Shown here piece by piece: positions 26,240 through 36,239 of a stretch of DNA of 64,000 nt. This DNA comes from an uncultured bacterium (lineage in GTDB: Bacteria > Patescibacteriota > Kazan-3B-28), in NCBI GenBank assembly GCA_963695435.1, contig OY968788.1, positions 207,424-271,423 on the forward strand, written 5' to 3'. The notes beneath the pieces are model-generated. The model saw only the letters and a list, made by a program, of their open reading frames with translations, was not told the origin of the DNA and did not search any database. How positions within the stretch are numbered: the stretch's first letter is position 1; the number at the start of each line of letters is the position of its first letter. A program made the translations under genes and the position numbers.

Positions 26240-27414
26240 GAAATTATCACAGACAAGATTATTATTTGGCGATTACCACCATAATATTGGTGATTTTCGG
26301 GTTGGTAATGGTTTCTTCCGCATCAGTGGTGCAATCGTTCGAGGCGACTGGCTCGAATAACTACTATTTCTTCCGACAGGCAGGATTTGCTCTGGCAGGT
26401 GTCTTTTTGTGGTGGTTCTTCTCAAAACTTGATTATCATTGGTGGAAACGGGCGGCTGGTCCACTGCTTATTGCCGCGGGTGTTTTGTTGGTTCTGGTAC
26501 TGATTCCGGGGGTTGGTGTCGAAGCGGGTGGCGCGCGAAGATGGATTCTAATAGGCGGATTTACTCTGCAGGCCAGTGAGCTTGCAAAATTCGCAATGAT
26601 AATTTATTTGGCATATTGGTTCGAGCGAAAAGGTAACCGAATTACAGATTTTTATAATACTTTTTTGCCGTTTGTAATACTGATCGGCGCAACTTTTTTG
26701 TTAGTGATGCAGGAACCAGATATGGGGACTGCCGTGTCTTTGGCGCTGATTACAGGCTCTATGTATATGGTAGCGGGTGCAAGTTGGGGACAAATAGCGA
26801 CACTATTTGGCGGAGGGATCGGTGCGGTTTTGGTCATGATCAAATTGGCGCCGTATCGGTTGAGTCGGTTCTTAACCTTCTTAAACCCTAATGCCGATCC
26901 GCTTGGTTCTGGTTACCACATCAATCAAGCACTACTCGCTATTGGTTCTGGTGGACTATTTGGGCTGGGGTATGGGCGGAGCAGACAAAAATATAATTTC
27001 TTACCGGAAGCGTCTTCGGACTCAATTTTTGCCGTTATCGGTGAGGAGCTGGGGATGATCGGTTGTTTGGCGCTGATTGCTGGGTTCGCGATTGTAATTT
27101 GGAGGGGACTCTTGATTGCCCGAAGAGCGCCAGATATGTTCGGACGATTGCTTGCGATGGGGATTACTGGGTGGATCGGATTTCAAGCAGTACTTAATAT
27201 GGGAGCGCTAGTGGGGCTATTTCCACTGACGGGGATTCCCCTGCCGTTTATAAGCCTTGGAGGCACCTCGTTAGTGATGGTGCTGGCTGCTTCTGGTATA
27301 CTCCTGAATATCTCTAAACAGACCATAATCACGCACAAAGATGAAAGTATTATTGGCGGGTGGGGGGACTGGCGGTCACATTTTGCCAACTCTGGCGGTC
27401 GCCGACTCCCTTAA
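26236..27414 (+). CDS. ftsW: SEDS family peptidoglycan glycosyltransferase FtsW/RodA
   Basis: 10 TM helices, characteristic FtsW/RodA loops; overlaps the murG start by 74 nt. Confidence 0.85.
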   Translation: MRNYHRQDYYLAITTIILVIFGLVMVSSASVVQSFEATGSNNYYFFRQAGFALAGVFLWWFFSKLDYHWWKRAAGPLLIAAGVLLVLVLIPGVGVEAGGARRWILIGGFTLQASELAKFAMIIYLAYWFERKGNRITDFYNTFLPFVILIGATFLLVMQEPDMGTAVSLALITGSMYMVAGASWGQIATLFGGGIGAVLVMIKLAPYRLSRFLTFLNPNADPLGSGYHINQALLAIGSGGLFGLGYGRSRQKYNFLPEASSDSIFAVIGEELGMIGCLALIAGFAIVIWRGLLIARRAPDMFGRLLAMGITGWIGFQAVLNMGALVGLFPLTGIPLPFISLGGTSLVMVLAASGILLNISKQTIITHKDESIIGGWGDWRSHFANSGGRRLP

Positions 27415-28450
27415 AACCAGATTACCTGGAGTAGAACTCCTGTATATCGGCTCAAAAAGAGCTGAAGATAGGCGATTGGTAGAGGCAGCGGGGATTCAAT
27501 TCAAAGGAATTCACGCGGGGAAACTTCGGCGATATCCGTCTTGGGAGAATTTTTTGGATGTTTTCAGGTTCTGGTTTGGAATTTGGGAGTCGGGGAGAAT
27601 TCTGAAGAAGTTTCGTCCGCAGATTGTTTTTGCTAAGGGCGGTTATGTATCATTGCCGGTAGTGATTGCGGCAAAACATTTGGGTATTCCGGTTGTGTTG
27701 CATGAATCGGACAGTCATTTAGGGTTGGCAAATAAAATGGCATTGAAATCGGCAACAAAGCTTGCGGTAGCTTGGCCAATCCAAAATTATTGGCAAAATG
27801 AACCTAAATTGGGCAAATATGCGGACAAGTTTGTATATACTGGTTTGCCGATGACGCCGGAATTTATAAATTGGAAAGAGGACAAATTATTTGAAAATAA
27901 TTTACCAATAATTTTATTTACTGGTGGTTCGCAGGGTGCGCATGCAATCAATGAAATGGTTTGGGAGATTTTATCCCAATTACTCCGCCGATTTAATGTG
28001 GCGCATCAAGTGGGCAAATTGGATTTTGAAACGGCGAAGTGTCGGAAAGATAATTTGGCTCCCGAAATACAAAATAATTATTTACCGTTTGAGTTTGATA
28101 GAAATATTTTTCTTTCAGCGTTACATTCGGCTGACTTGGTTGTTTCCCGTTCGGGTTCTTTTGTGTTTGAGCTGGCTGTGTTGAGTAAGCCTTCGGTACT
28201 AATCCCCTTGCCGGGTTCAGCAAATGACCACCAAATGAAAAATGCGCAGTGGATGGTGAATAATGGCGCAGCGGTGGCTTTGTCGGAAGAGTTCGGTGCT
28301 GCCAAGCTATTGGGAACGATTGATAATTTGATGAATGACGAGAGCAAAAGATTAGCAATGTCGGATACAATGAAAACATTAGGCGAACAATCGAAGACAG
28401 CGGCGGACACAATTGCTAAGCTAATTATTGATGAAGCGAAAAAAGAGTAA
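27341..28450 (+). CDS. murG: UDP-GlcNAc:MurNAc-pentapeptide GlcNAc transferase
   Basis: MKVLLAGGGTGGHILP N-terminus (GGTGGH motif). Confidence 0.9.
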   Translation: MKVLLAGGGTGGHILPTLAVADSLKTRLPGVELLYIGSKRAEDRRLVEAAGIQFKGIHAGKLRRYPSWENFLDVFRFWFGIWESGRILKKFRPQIVFAKGGYVSLPVVIAAKHLGIPVVLHESDSHLGLANKMALKSATKLAVAWPIQNYWQNEPKLGKYADKFVYTGLPMTPEFINWKEDKLFENNLPIILFTGGSQGAHAINEMVWEILSQLLRRFNVAHQVGKLDFETAKCRKDNLAPEIQNNYLPFEFDRNIFLSALHSADLVVSRSGSFVFELAVLSKPSVLIPLPGSANDHQMKNAQWMVNNGAAVALSEEFGAAKLLGTIDNLMNDESKRLAMSDTMKTLGEQSKTAADTIAKLIIDEAKKE

Positions 28451-29057
28451 GAAAACTAATAGAATTTGGATAAATCTTGCTCAAGCGGGGTTATTTCTTG
28501 TTCTGGTTGTTTTGATAATGAACTGGGGTTATTTTGCTAAGCAAGTATCGGCTTGGTGGATTTATGATGTACTGGATCAAAATTCGACCGAAGATGTGGC
28601 GCTGGATGTTATAAGCGGTCAGGCAGATAGATTAGCAATCCCCGATTTGGGGTTGAATGTTCCACTGGTGTATGTAGACTCAACTGACGAGGTGACTTTT
28701 CAGAGAGGCTTAGAAAGCGAAGTGGTGCATTATCCAAGTACGGCGTTGCCGGGTGAATTGGGGAATGCGTATTATTTCGGACATTCATCCGATTACGCAT
28801 TCAAAAAAGGAAATTTCAAAACAGTATTTGCGATATTGCCTAAAATAGAAATTGGCGCCAAAGTTTATGCTACTAATGCATCGGGAAAACAATTTGTCTA
28901 TACAGTGACAGAGAAAAAGATTGTTGGTCCACAGGATGTGAGTGTGTTGTCGCAGGGCGGTAAAACGGAGAAGATTTTGACTTTGCAAACCTCTTGGCCA
29001 CTCGGGACGGCTCTAAAACGCTATGTAGTAATCTGCGAGATACAGAATCAGGTATAA
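28428..29057 (+). CDS. Sortase-fold protein with Ser in place of the catalytic Cys
   Basis: TM anchor; aligns to SrtA: GHSS (His), LTLQTS where sortases have LTLITC, LKRYVV (Arg); codon at the Cys position is tct. Confidence 0.6.
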   Translation: MMKRKKSKKTNRIWINLAQAGLFLVLVVLIMNWGYFAKQVSAWWIYDVLDQNSTEDVALDVISGQADRLAIPDLGLNVPLVYVDSTDEVTFQRGLESEVVHYPSTALPGELGNAYYFGHSSDYAFKKGNFKTVFAILPKIEIGAKVYATNASGKQFVYTVTEKKIVGPQDVSVLSQGGKTEKILTLQTSWPLGTALKRYVVICEIQNQV

Positions 29058-29064
29058 TAGGCGG

Positions 29065-30438
29065 GTGGGAAAGTCTAAAAGCTACTTTTTAGTCGGAATC
29101 GGGGGTATCGGGATGCAGGCGGTTGCCCGCCTTTTGAAAGGGCTTGGGCACAGGGTTGCAGGGAGCGATATAGGGGATTTTGAGGCAAGGCCTGATCTAG
29201 AAGAGGTCGGCATTGTCGTACACATTGGTCACGACGCCAGCCATATTACAAAAGAAATTGATGAGTTAATTTATTCAGCAGCAATCCCGGATACCAATGT
29301 GGAAATTCAGCAGGCGAAGAAGCTTGGTCTCCCCGTCCGGCGAAGATTAGAAGTGGTAGGAGAAGTAATGAAAGAAAAGCAGGGCGTTGCGATTAGTGGT
29401 ACGCACGGCAAAACCACTACCACTACAATGCTCACATTGATTTTGCAGGCAGCGGGGCGCAACCCTACTTCGCTGATTGGCGCGGAGGTGAAAAATTTGA
29501 AATCCAATTTTGTTATGGGCAGTGGACCAGTGATGGTAGTGGAGGCGTGCGAATATGACCGAAGTTTTATGGATTTGCGTCCAAAAATTATCGCGCTTAC
29601 TAATATAGAAGCTGATCACTTGGATTATTACAAAGACTTGGAAGATATTAAGTCGGCGTTTGTGGACTTTGTAAAATTATTGCCGAAAGACGGGGTGGTA
29701 ATTGCTAACGGTGATGATGTGAATATTCGGGAAGTTGTGGAACGCGCTCACCCACCGAAAGTAGTTTGGGCGGGGTTGGGAGAAAACAATGATATTCAGG
29801 CGAAAGATTTGGAATTTGTGGAAGGCCGACTGTATTTTTCGGTAAACGGTTCAAGACTCCATTTGCAGGTACCGGGGAGACACAATGTGGCGGATGCGGT
29901 AATGAGTTGGGCGATAGCGCGGGAATTAGGGGTTGATGATGCCACCGTAAAGCACACCTTGCAGGATGAATTTCGTGGGGCGGCGAGAAGATTTGAAATT
30001 ATCGGTACAACGAAAGGCATTACCTTCTTGGATGATTACGCTCATCATCCGACTGAAGTTCACGCTTTGTTGGAAGGGGCGAGGCAGTATTTTCAGGGCA
30101 GGAGATTGATAGTGGTTTTTCACCCGCATCAGTTTAGTCGGACTAGGATTTTGCTGGATGATTTTGCAAAAAGTTTTCATGATGCTGACATGGTGGTGGT
30201 GGCGCCGATTTACGCGGTGCGCGATAGCGAAGAAGACAAAAAATCGATTAGTAGCGAACGGTTAGTGGAAGCGATAAATGCGGTGAGTAATAACGCAAAA
30301 TTTGCGGGGGATTTTCCGGCAATTAAAGATTTTATGCTAAAGACTGTAAAACCGGGTGATGTGGTAATCACACTGGGCGCCGGACAGGCTAATGTATTTG
30401 GCAGGGAACTATTGGAAGAATTAAGAAACCAGAAGTGA
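29065..30438 (+). CDS. murC: UDP-N-acetylmuramate--L-alanine ligase
   Basis: GIGGIGMQAVARLL and AISGTHGKTTTT motifs. Confidence 0.9.
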   Translation: MGKSKSYFLVGIGGIGMQAVARLLKGLGHRVAGSDIGDFEARPDLEEVGIVVHIGHDASHITKEIDELIYSAAIPDTNVEIQQAKKLGLPVRRRLEVVGEVMKEKQGVAISGTHGKTTTTTMLTLILQAAGRNPTSLIGAEVKNLKSNFVMGSGPVMVVEACEYDRSFMDLRPKIIALTNIEADHLDYYKDLEDIKSAFVDFVKLLPKDGVVIANGDDVNIREVVERAHPPKVVWAGLGENNDIQAKDLEFVEGRLYFSVNGSRLHLQVPGRHNVADAVMSWAIARELGVDDATVKHTLQDEFRGAARRFEIIGTTKGITFLDDYAHHPTEVHALLEGARQYFQGRRLIVVFHPHQFSRTRILLDDFAKSFHDADMVVVAPIYAVRDSEEDKKSISSERLVEAINAVSNNAKFAGDFPAIKDFMLKTVKPGDVVITLGAGQANVFGRELLEELRNQK

Positions 30439-31313
30439 AACTGCGGTGGGGGTGGAAAATCGGAGCTAAGCGTACTGCGCGGATAAACGGCGCAGAACCT
30501 TTGATGGAAAATGAAGCAGTGCGGCGACGGTTTGAATATCGCAAACAATTACAGCGCAGCACAAAAAAAGAAACAACGGGGAGGAGACTCCGAGTTTTCC
30601 AATTACGCGGTGGGGGTTGGCAAAAATGGCTGGTAGTACCTCTTCTTGTCGGGGTAATTTATTTTGTTTTTGGAAGTAAATTTTTTTTGTTGGATGAATT
30701 GAAAATTACAGGCAATCACCTCTCCACCCAACAGCAAATTCAGGATTTGCTGTTTCCCAAGGGATTTACCAGAGTAAATGCAGTGACTTGGCCGGAGGGA
30801 ATGGCAAGGACAAAATTGTTGAGCAAGATCCCTCAAATTAGCGAGGTGAGCTTTGGCAAAAATTTAATCAACAATTTATTGACCATAGAAATAACAGAAC
30901 ATCAGACTTCGGTGGTGTGGCAGACGGCGGGAGAAAAGTTTTTGGTGAATCGTTACGGAGTGGTTTATGACAAAGCGGAGGACAACACTCCATTGATTTT
31001 GATTGAGGATTTGAAAAATGTGCCGGTGAGCTTGAATCAAAAAGTAGTTGCACCGGACTTTATTGAATTCGTTACCAGCTTCGTTGCGAATCTACCGCGC
31101 AAGACTAATATTTCGATTACTCGGATTACAATTCCTGAAACTACTTTTGAGGTGGAAATGTACACCAATCAAAAGTGGCGGATAATTTTGGATACCACTC
31201 GCCCGCCGGATGAACAGCTAAACGCGTTGGTTAGGGTTTTGCGGGAAATGGCGGATAATCCGCCTAAAGACTATGTAGACCTACGAATACCAAACAAGGT
31301 GTTCTATAAATAG
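30435..31313 (+). CDS. ftsQ: FtsQ/DivIB-like cell division protein (POTRA)
   Basis: TM anchor then POTRA-like beta domain; last gene of the dcw block; start probably internal. Confidence 0.5.
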   Translation: MKLRWGWKIGAKRTARINGAEPLMENEAVRRRFEYRKQLQRSTKKETTGRRLRVFQLRGGGWQKWLVVPLLVGVIYFVFGSKFFLLDELKITGNHLSTQQQIQDLLFPKGFTRVNAVTWPEGMARTKLLSKIPQISEVSFGKNLINNLLTIEITEHQTSVVWQTAGEKFLVNRYGVVYDKAEDNTPLILIEDLKNVPVSLNQKVVAPDFIEFVTSFVANLPRKTNISITRITIPETTFEVEMYTNQKWRIILDTTRPPDEQLNALVRVLREMADNPPKDYVDLRIPNKVFYK

Positions 31314-31675
31314 GCAAAAACCCCAGCTTCGACTAGGGTCTTGCAATGAACAGAAAGAACGAGGACTACTTGGTTTTGGTTTTTTTGGGTGACGGAGGCT
31401 CTAGCTTATCCGAGCATTTGTCCAGAAGCGCTTGAGCCCCTTTGATCCATGCTCGAAGACTTCTTCTGTCTCTAGGACTTAGGGAGTCAGATTTGTCCCG
31501 CGTCGCAGTACCTTTCTTTTTCCGCTCCTGTGTCATTTCCCTCTCCCGAAGTGGATTTTACCGAGGGCATCATATACCCTACTCTCGGCGGGGGGAAGAG
31601 GTGGTATGATTATGGGTGCTTTTGGGGGTGAGTTATGGGTGATGGGTTGCGAGTAATGAACAGGGACTAGAGACT

Positions 31676-33184
31676 ATGAGGCAGGCGCTTTATCGTAAAT
31701 ATCGACCGAAAACACTGTCCGAAGTCGCGGGACAGGATTATGTAAAAATTACTCTCGGCAATCAATTAGCCGCAGGCCAAGTTGGTCATGCATATTTATT
31801 TACGGGGCCAAAAGGTACGGGAAAAACAACAGTAGCAAGAATACTTGCTAAGAGTGTGAATTGTTTAGAGCCCAAAAAAGGTGAGCCGTGCGGCAAATGT
31901 GCGATGTGTGAGGCGTTCGATAACGAACAGATGTTTGATGTAATAGAAATTGACGCGGCATCCAATAATAGCGTGGAAAATGTTCGTGATTTGATCGCAA
32001 AAATAAATTTGGTCCCGACTATTGGGAAATACAAAATTTACATTTTAGATGAAGCTCATCAGCTAAGTAAATCCGCGAGCAATGCGTTGTTGAAGACCCT
32101 AGAGGAACCACCGGCTCACGCGATTTTTGTGTTGGCCACTACCGAGTCGGAAAAACTGTTGCCGACCATAATTTCTCGTTGTCAGCGTTTTGATTTTCGC
32201 TATGTGCCAACGGATGAAGTTGTAAAATATCTTGGTCAGATAGCAAAGGCAGAGAAAATTAAGATATCATCGGACGGGTTGGAATTTATAGCGGGGCATA
32301 GTGGGGGCGGAGTGCGAGACGCGGTAGGGCTGCTTGAGCAAGCATCTTTTATTGAGGGCGAGATCACTCAAGCCACACTAACTGACTGGCTGGGTCTGGT
32401 TGATTGGCAAACGATTTATGAAATGACGGAGTGGCTGGTAAAGAATAATTCAAAAGAAATTTTGGCAAAAATTGATGATCTGTATCACAGCGGCTGTGAT
32501 TTGAACCGATTGACCGCATCGTGGGTTGCTATGTGGCGGCAAATATTAGCGGTTAAGCTTGGTAATGGTGGGAGACTGCCAATAGCCAAAGATCAAGTTA
32601 GTCAGTTGACCTTGCTTTCGAAAGAATTATCGGTTCAGAAAATTTTGACGACATTACAGGAATTGATGTGGGCTGGTCGTGAAATGAAAGGCGCGTTAGT
32701 GCCACAAGTTCCTTTGGAGGTAGCGGTGGTAAAACTAACCCAGTCAACGGAAGAGTCGGTTGTGTCCAAAAATGAGCAAGAGCCACCGGAACCTCCAAGC
32801 TCGGCTTCTATAGGCGAGGAATCGCCTGTCGCTGCTTCTGACGAGGCTCCTAAAGAGCGGGTGAGCCAACAGACTGGCATTACCTCGGACGAGTTGGGTA
32901 TTATCTGGCCCAAGGTGTTAGATCTGGTTCGTTCCTCAAGTCAAACTTTGGCTGCCACTCTCGCTCGCGCGCAGGTTGGGGTTGATGCGGGAGCAGTGGT
33001 GGTAAAATTTACGAGTAGGTTTCACAAGGAGAAGTTGGAGCAAAGGGAAAGCTACGGATTGCTTAAGGGTGCGTTTCAGGAGCTGGGATGTGATGCAAAG
33101 ATTATTTGTGCGATTGAAGTTCCTCCCGCAGAAGAACCAGTCGATGCCCAAAATATTAGTGAAGTGTTTGGAGGAACAGTCTAG
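31676..33184 (+). CDS. dnaX: DNA polymerase III subunit gamma/tau
   Basis: AGQVGHAYLFTGPKGTGKTTVARILAK, zinc module CGKCAMC, ILDEAHQLS. Confidence 0.9.
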   Translation: MRQALYRKYRPKTLSEVAGQDYVKITLGNQLAAGQVGHAYLFTGPKGTGKTTVARILAKSVNCLEPKKGEPCGKCAMCEAFDNEQMFDVIEIDAASNNSVENVRDLIAKINLVPTIGKYKIYILDEAHQLSKSASNALLKTLEEPPAHAIFVLATTESEKLLPTIISRCQRFDFRYVPTDEVVKYLGQIAKAEKIKISSDGLEFIAGHSGGGVRDAVGLLEQASFIEGEITQATLTDWLGLVDWQTIYEMTEWLVKNNSKEILAKIDDLYHSGCDLNRLTASWVAMWRQILAVKLGNGGRLPIAKDQVSQLTLLSKELSVQKILTTLQELMWAGREMKGALVPQVPLEVAVVKLTQSTEESVVSKNEQEPPEPPSSASIGEESPVAASDEAPKERVSQQTGITSDELGIIWPKVLDLVRSSSQTLAATLARAQVGVDAGAVVVKFTSRFHKEKLEQRESYGLLKGAFQELGCDAKIICAIEVPPAEEPVDAQNISEVFGGTV

Positions 33185-33322
33185 ACCAATACAAAATACA
33201 AAATCAGCAAATCAGCAAATAAAAATATTTTATAAGATTCTGGACAAGCCAGAATGACGACATTTCCACTCGTCACTCGCGACTCGTAACTCGTTACTTA
33301 TTCTTAATTTTTAATTACTCGT

Positions 33323-34684
33323 ATGAGTCAGGAACTTCCACCACAAAATTTGGATGCTGAAAAATCGCTTCTCGGAGCATTGCTTTTGGATAAAGATTTG
33401 ATTGTGCGGGTAGCGGATACGCTTCGACCGGAAGATTTTTACGATGAACGCCATGGCTTAGTGTATTCTGCGATTTTAGAATTATACGAAGACCGTGAAC
33501 CGGTGGATTTGGTAACGGTAACAGAAAAACTTTCCGGCAAAAATAAGTTGGAACAAGTCGGCGGCGCGACAAAGCTAGCGGCGCTGACAGCCAGTTCGCC
33601 CAGTACGGCGCATGCGGCACAATATGCGGAAATTATTGCCAACAAAGCAACACTTCGAAGACTAATCAGCGCTTCGGCAACGATTGGTGAGTTGGGGTTG
33701 GCTTCGGATTTGAAATTGGATGACGCGCTGGACAGGGCGGAGCAAACTTTATTTAAAGTTTCACGGAAACATCTAAAAAATACTTTTACGCTAGTGAAAG
33801 ATGTTTTGAGTGAAACTTTCGAGCGAATTGATAATTTGCACGAAAATCGGGGACAGCTCCGAGGCATTCCGACTGGTTTTTCCGATTTAGACAATATGTT
33901 GGCGGGACTTCAGGGTTCGGATTTGGTTATAATTGCTGCGCGTCCTAGTATGGGAAAAACTTCGCTGGCGCTGAACATCGCGTTGAATGCGGCGCGCGAT
34001 GGTCATTTTGCGGTTGGATTATTTAGTTTGGAAATGTCAAAGGAGCAATTGATAGATAGGTTGCTGTCCACCCAATCCGGTATTGATGCGTGGAGACTTA
34101 GAACCGGGAACTTGGCTCCGGAAGATTTCGATAAATTATCCGAAGCGATGGGCAAATTGGCAGAGATTCCGATTTTTATTGACGATTCCGGATTTTTGAC
34201 CGTGATGGAGATTAGAACTAAGGCTCGGAGACTTAAAACCGAGCATGGATTGGATTTGCTGGTGATTGACCACATTCAGTTGATGGGAGGTTCGCGGACT
34301 TACGAAGGAAGAGTACAGGAAATTTCTGAAATTTCCCGATCGATGAAAGCTTTGGCGAAAGAATTGGAGATTCCTATTATCGCAGTGTCACAGTTGTCTC
34401 GCGCGGTAGAACAACGGCCAAAGAAAATTCCGCAACTCTCGGATTTGCGGGAATCAGGTTCTATTGAACAGGATGCTGATGTGGTGCTGTTTGTTTATCG
34501 TGAAGAATATTATGAGCCAGATACTGAACGGAAAAACATCGCCGATATCTACATCGCTAAGCATCGAAATGGTCCTACGGGCAAAGTGGAGTTGTATTTT
34601 GATCCCAACAGGATGACTTTCCGAGATTTGGAACGCAGGCATCTAGAGGAGCCGGAGGAAATGTTGGCAGAGGTTCCTGTGTAG
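33323..34684 (+). CDS. dnaB: Replicative DNA helicase
   Basis: LPPQNLDAEKSLLGALLL N-terminus, Walker A ARPSMGKTSLALN. Confidence 0.9.
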   Translation: MSQELPPQNLDAEKSLLGALLLDKDLIVRVADTLRPEDFYDERHGLVYSAILELYEDREPVDLVTVTEKLSGKNKLEQVGGATKLAALTASSPSTAHAAQYAEIIANKATLRRLISASATIGELGLASDLKLDDALDRAEQTLFKVSRKHLKNTFTLVKDVLSETFERIDNLHENRGQLRGIPTGFSDLDNMLAGLQGSDLVIIAARPSMGKTSLALNIALNAARDGHFAVGLFSLEMSKEQLIDRLLSTQSGIDAWRLRTGNLAPEDFDKLSEAMGKLAEIPIFIDDSGFLTVMEIRTKARRLKTEHGLDLLVIDHIQLMGGSRTYEGRVQEISEISRSMKALAKELEIPIIAVSQLSRAVEQRPKKIPQLSDLRESGSIEQDADVVLFVYREEYYEPDTERKNIADIYIAKHRNGPTGKVELYFDPNRMTFRDLERRHLEEPEEMLAEVPV

Positions 34685-34725
34685 GCTTTTGAGAAAGGAA
34701 TGACTGGGCAAGGTATAATAGGGGG

Positions 34726-35976
34726 GTGGATAGAAGGCATTGGTTAGTTGAGTTTTTTAGGTGGGATGCGAGAACGATTCTGGCGGCGTCTTTGGGTTTG
34801 GTAATTTTGATTGGTTTGGCGTGGGCGGCCACGGATTTGAATTTGATAGCGGCATTTGATTTTGGCGGAGCAAGTTTGACAGACAAAGCAGCGGGGATGA
34901 TTCAAGTAAAAGGCAGTTTGTCCACTTATCCAAAACAATCTGGTACTCTAACTTACGGTTGGGTAACTCCCGGGATCAGTGAATTTTCTGACAAAACAGT
35001 AAGTGATTTGATGAAACGAGACTACAACACTGGTTCGTCAGGTTCGATATTCCGCGTAACGGGATTAGAACAAGGCAATTACAGCTTCAGGGCTACCGTT
35101 GGTTCGTCCAGTAATGCGTTGTCTACGCGAATGGCAATCGGGGATACAGCAACTTCGGTGACAGTTCCCGCTGGTACTTGGCAAACAGCAATTTTATCAA
35201 CGGTAGTTGATACCGCAAGTGTGGATCTAGTTTTTGGGAGTGCTAACAACGGAGTTGATTCGTGGGGAATTTGTGGGCTGTCGATTTATTCAATTACGGG
35301 AGGCGTGGCACAGCCTACTTTTGCAGTTGCGACTACACCAGTTCAGCAAACTATCAGCGCAGGCAATACGGTTGTCTTTACGATTGGAGTTACGCCGGTG
35401 GATAATTATGCTAGTTCAGTTGGGGCACAAATCGGCGCGTTGGTAGCGGGAATGACGGCAGAGTTTGTACCGGCTCAATTGAGTACACTCCCTGGCACGA
35501 TGAGCTTGACTATCTATACAACCGAGAAAGTACCATCAGCTAATTATTCTTTGTTAGTAACGGTTACGGGTAGTGATGTAAATCGGACCAAGCGGACAGT
35601 GCCAGTTAGTTTGAATATTACAGCGTCTAATGAACCAACTGTTGACGGTGAAATGCCGGTTTTGCCTTTGAGGACTGCCCAAGAGGTGAAATCAGATTTT
35701 AACAAACTGGATGAGTTTGTGGCGGAAGAGCAGGCAAGGGTGATTGACCGCAACAATTTTCTTGAGATGAAAGGGGTAAGCGACGCACTGTCGAGTATAC
35801 CTACTTATGAGGGTATGCCCGAGCCAAAAACGACCACCGAGTCGATTTTACAGAAACTGGTCACCACGGGTATAATTAGCTCAACTACTGATAGTGCTCC
35901 TGCGGTGCAGGAATCGCCTAAGCCGATTGGGTTCTGGCAAGGGCTGTGGCAAAGTATCTTTAAGTCAGCAACATAA
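34726..35976 (+). CDS. Membrane-anchored surface protein with beta-rich/Ig-like segments
   Basis: Signal anchor, T/S/V-rich beta segments; no specific family recognised. Confidence 0.4.
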   Translation: MDRRHWLVEFFRWDARTILAASLGLVILIGLAWAATDLNLIAAFDFGGASLTDKAAGMIQVKGSLSTYPKQSGTLTYGWVTPGISEFSDKTVSDLMKRDYNTGSSGSIFRVTGLEQGNYSFRATVGSSSNALSTRMAIGDTATSVTVPAGTWQTAILSTVVDTASVDLVFGSANNGVDSWGICGLSIYSITGGVAQPTFAVATTPVQQTISAGNTVVFTIGVTPVDNYASSVGAQIGALVAGMTAEFVPAQLSTLPGTMSLTIYTTEKVPSANYSLLVTVTGSDVNRTKRTVPVSLNITASNEPTVDGEMPVLPLRTAQEVKSDFNKLDEFVAEEQARVIDRNNFLEMKGVSDALSSIPTYEGMPEPKTTTESILQKLVTTGIISSTTDSAPAVQESPKPIGFWQGLWQSIFKSAT

Positions 35977-36239
35977 GATGCAACTAGTGAACGATGAACT
36001 TGTTAGGGCATTTAAGGCCGAAGCGAAGCGGCAGGAGAATTTTACTAATTCTTTTTGGCGTCAGTTGGCGGTGATTCTGGTTGCGATTGGGATTATTAAT
36101 ATAGTGGGGCCAAAAATTATTTTCTGGCAAACTAATATTTCGGCTGACTGGGGCGGTATCTTTTCGGGTCAGGACAAATAGAAAACAGCCGGCTGGGGGA
36201 TGTCCGACAGACCGTTTTTTGATGTGCTAAACTAAACCT

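Noticed and set aside
27341-27414. 74-nt ftsW/murG overlap as a possible frameshift or fusion
   Set aside because: MurG starts with its canonical MKVLLAGGGTGGH N-terminus and FtsW is full length, so ordinary compact-genome overlap is the simpler reading.
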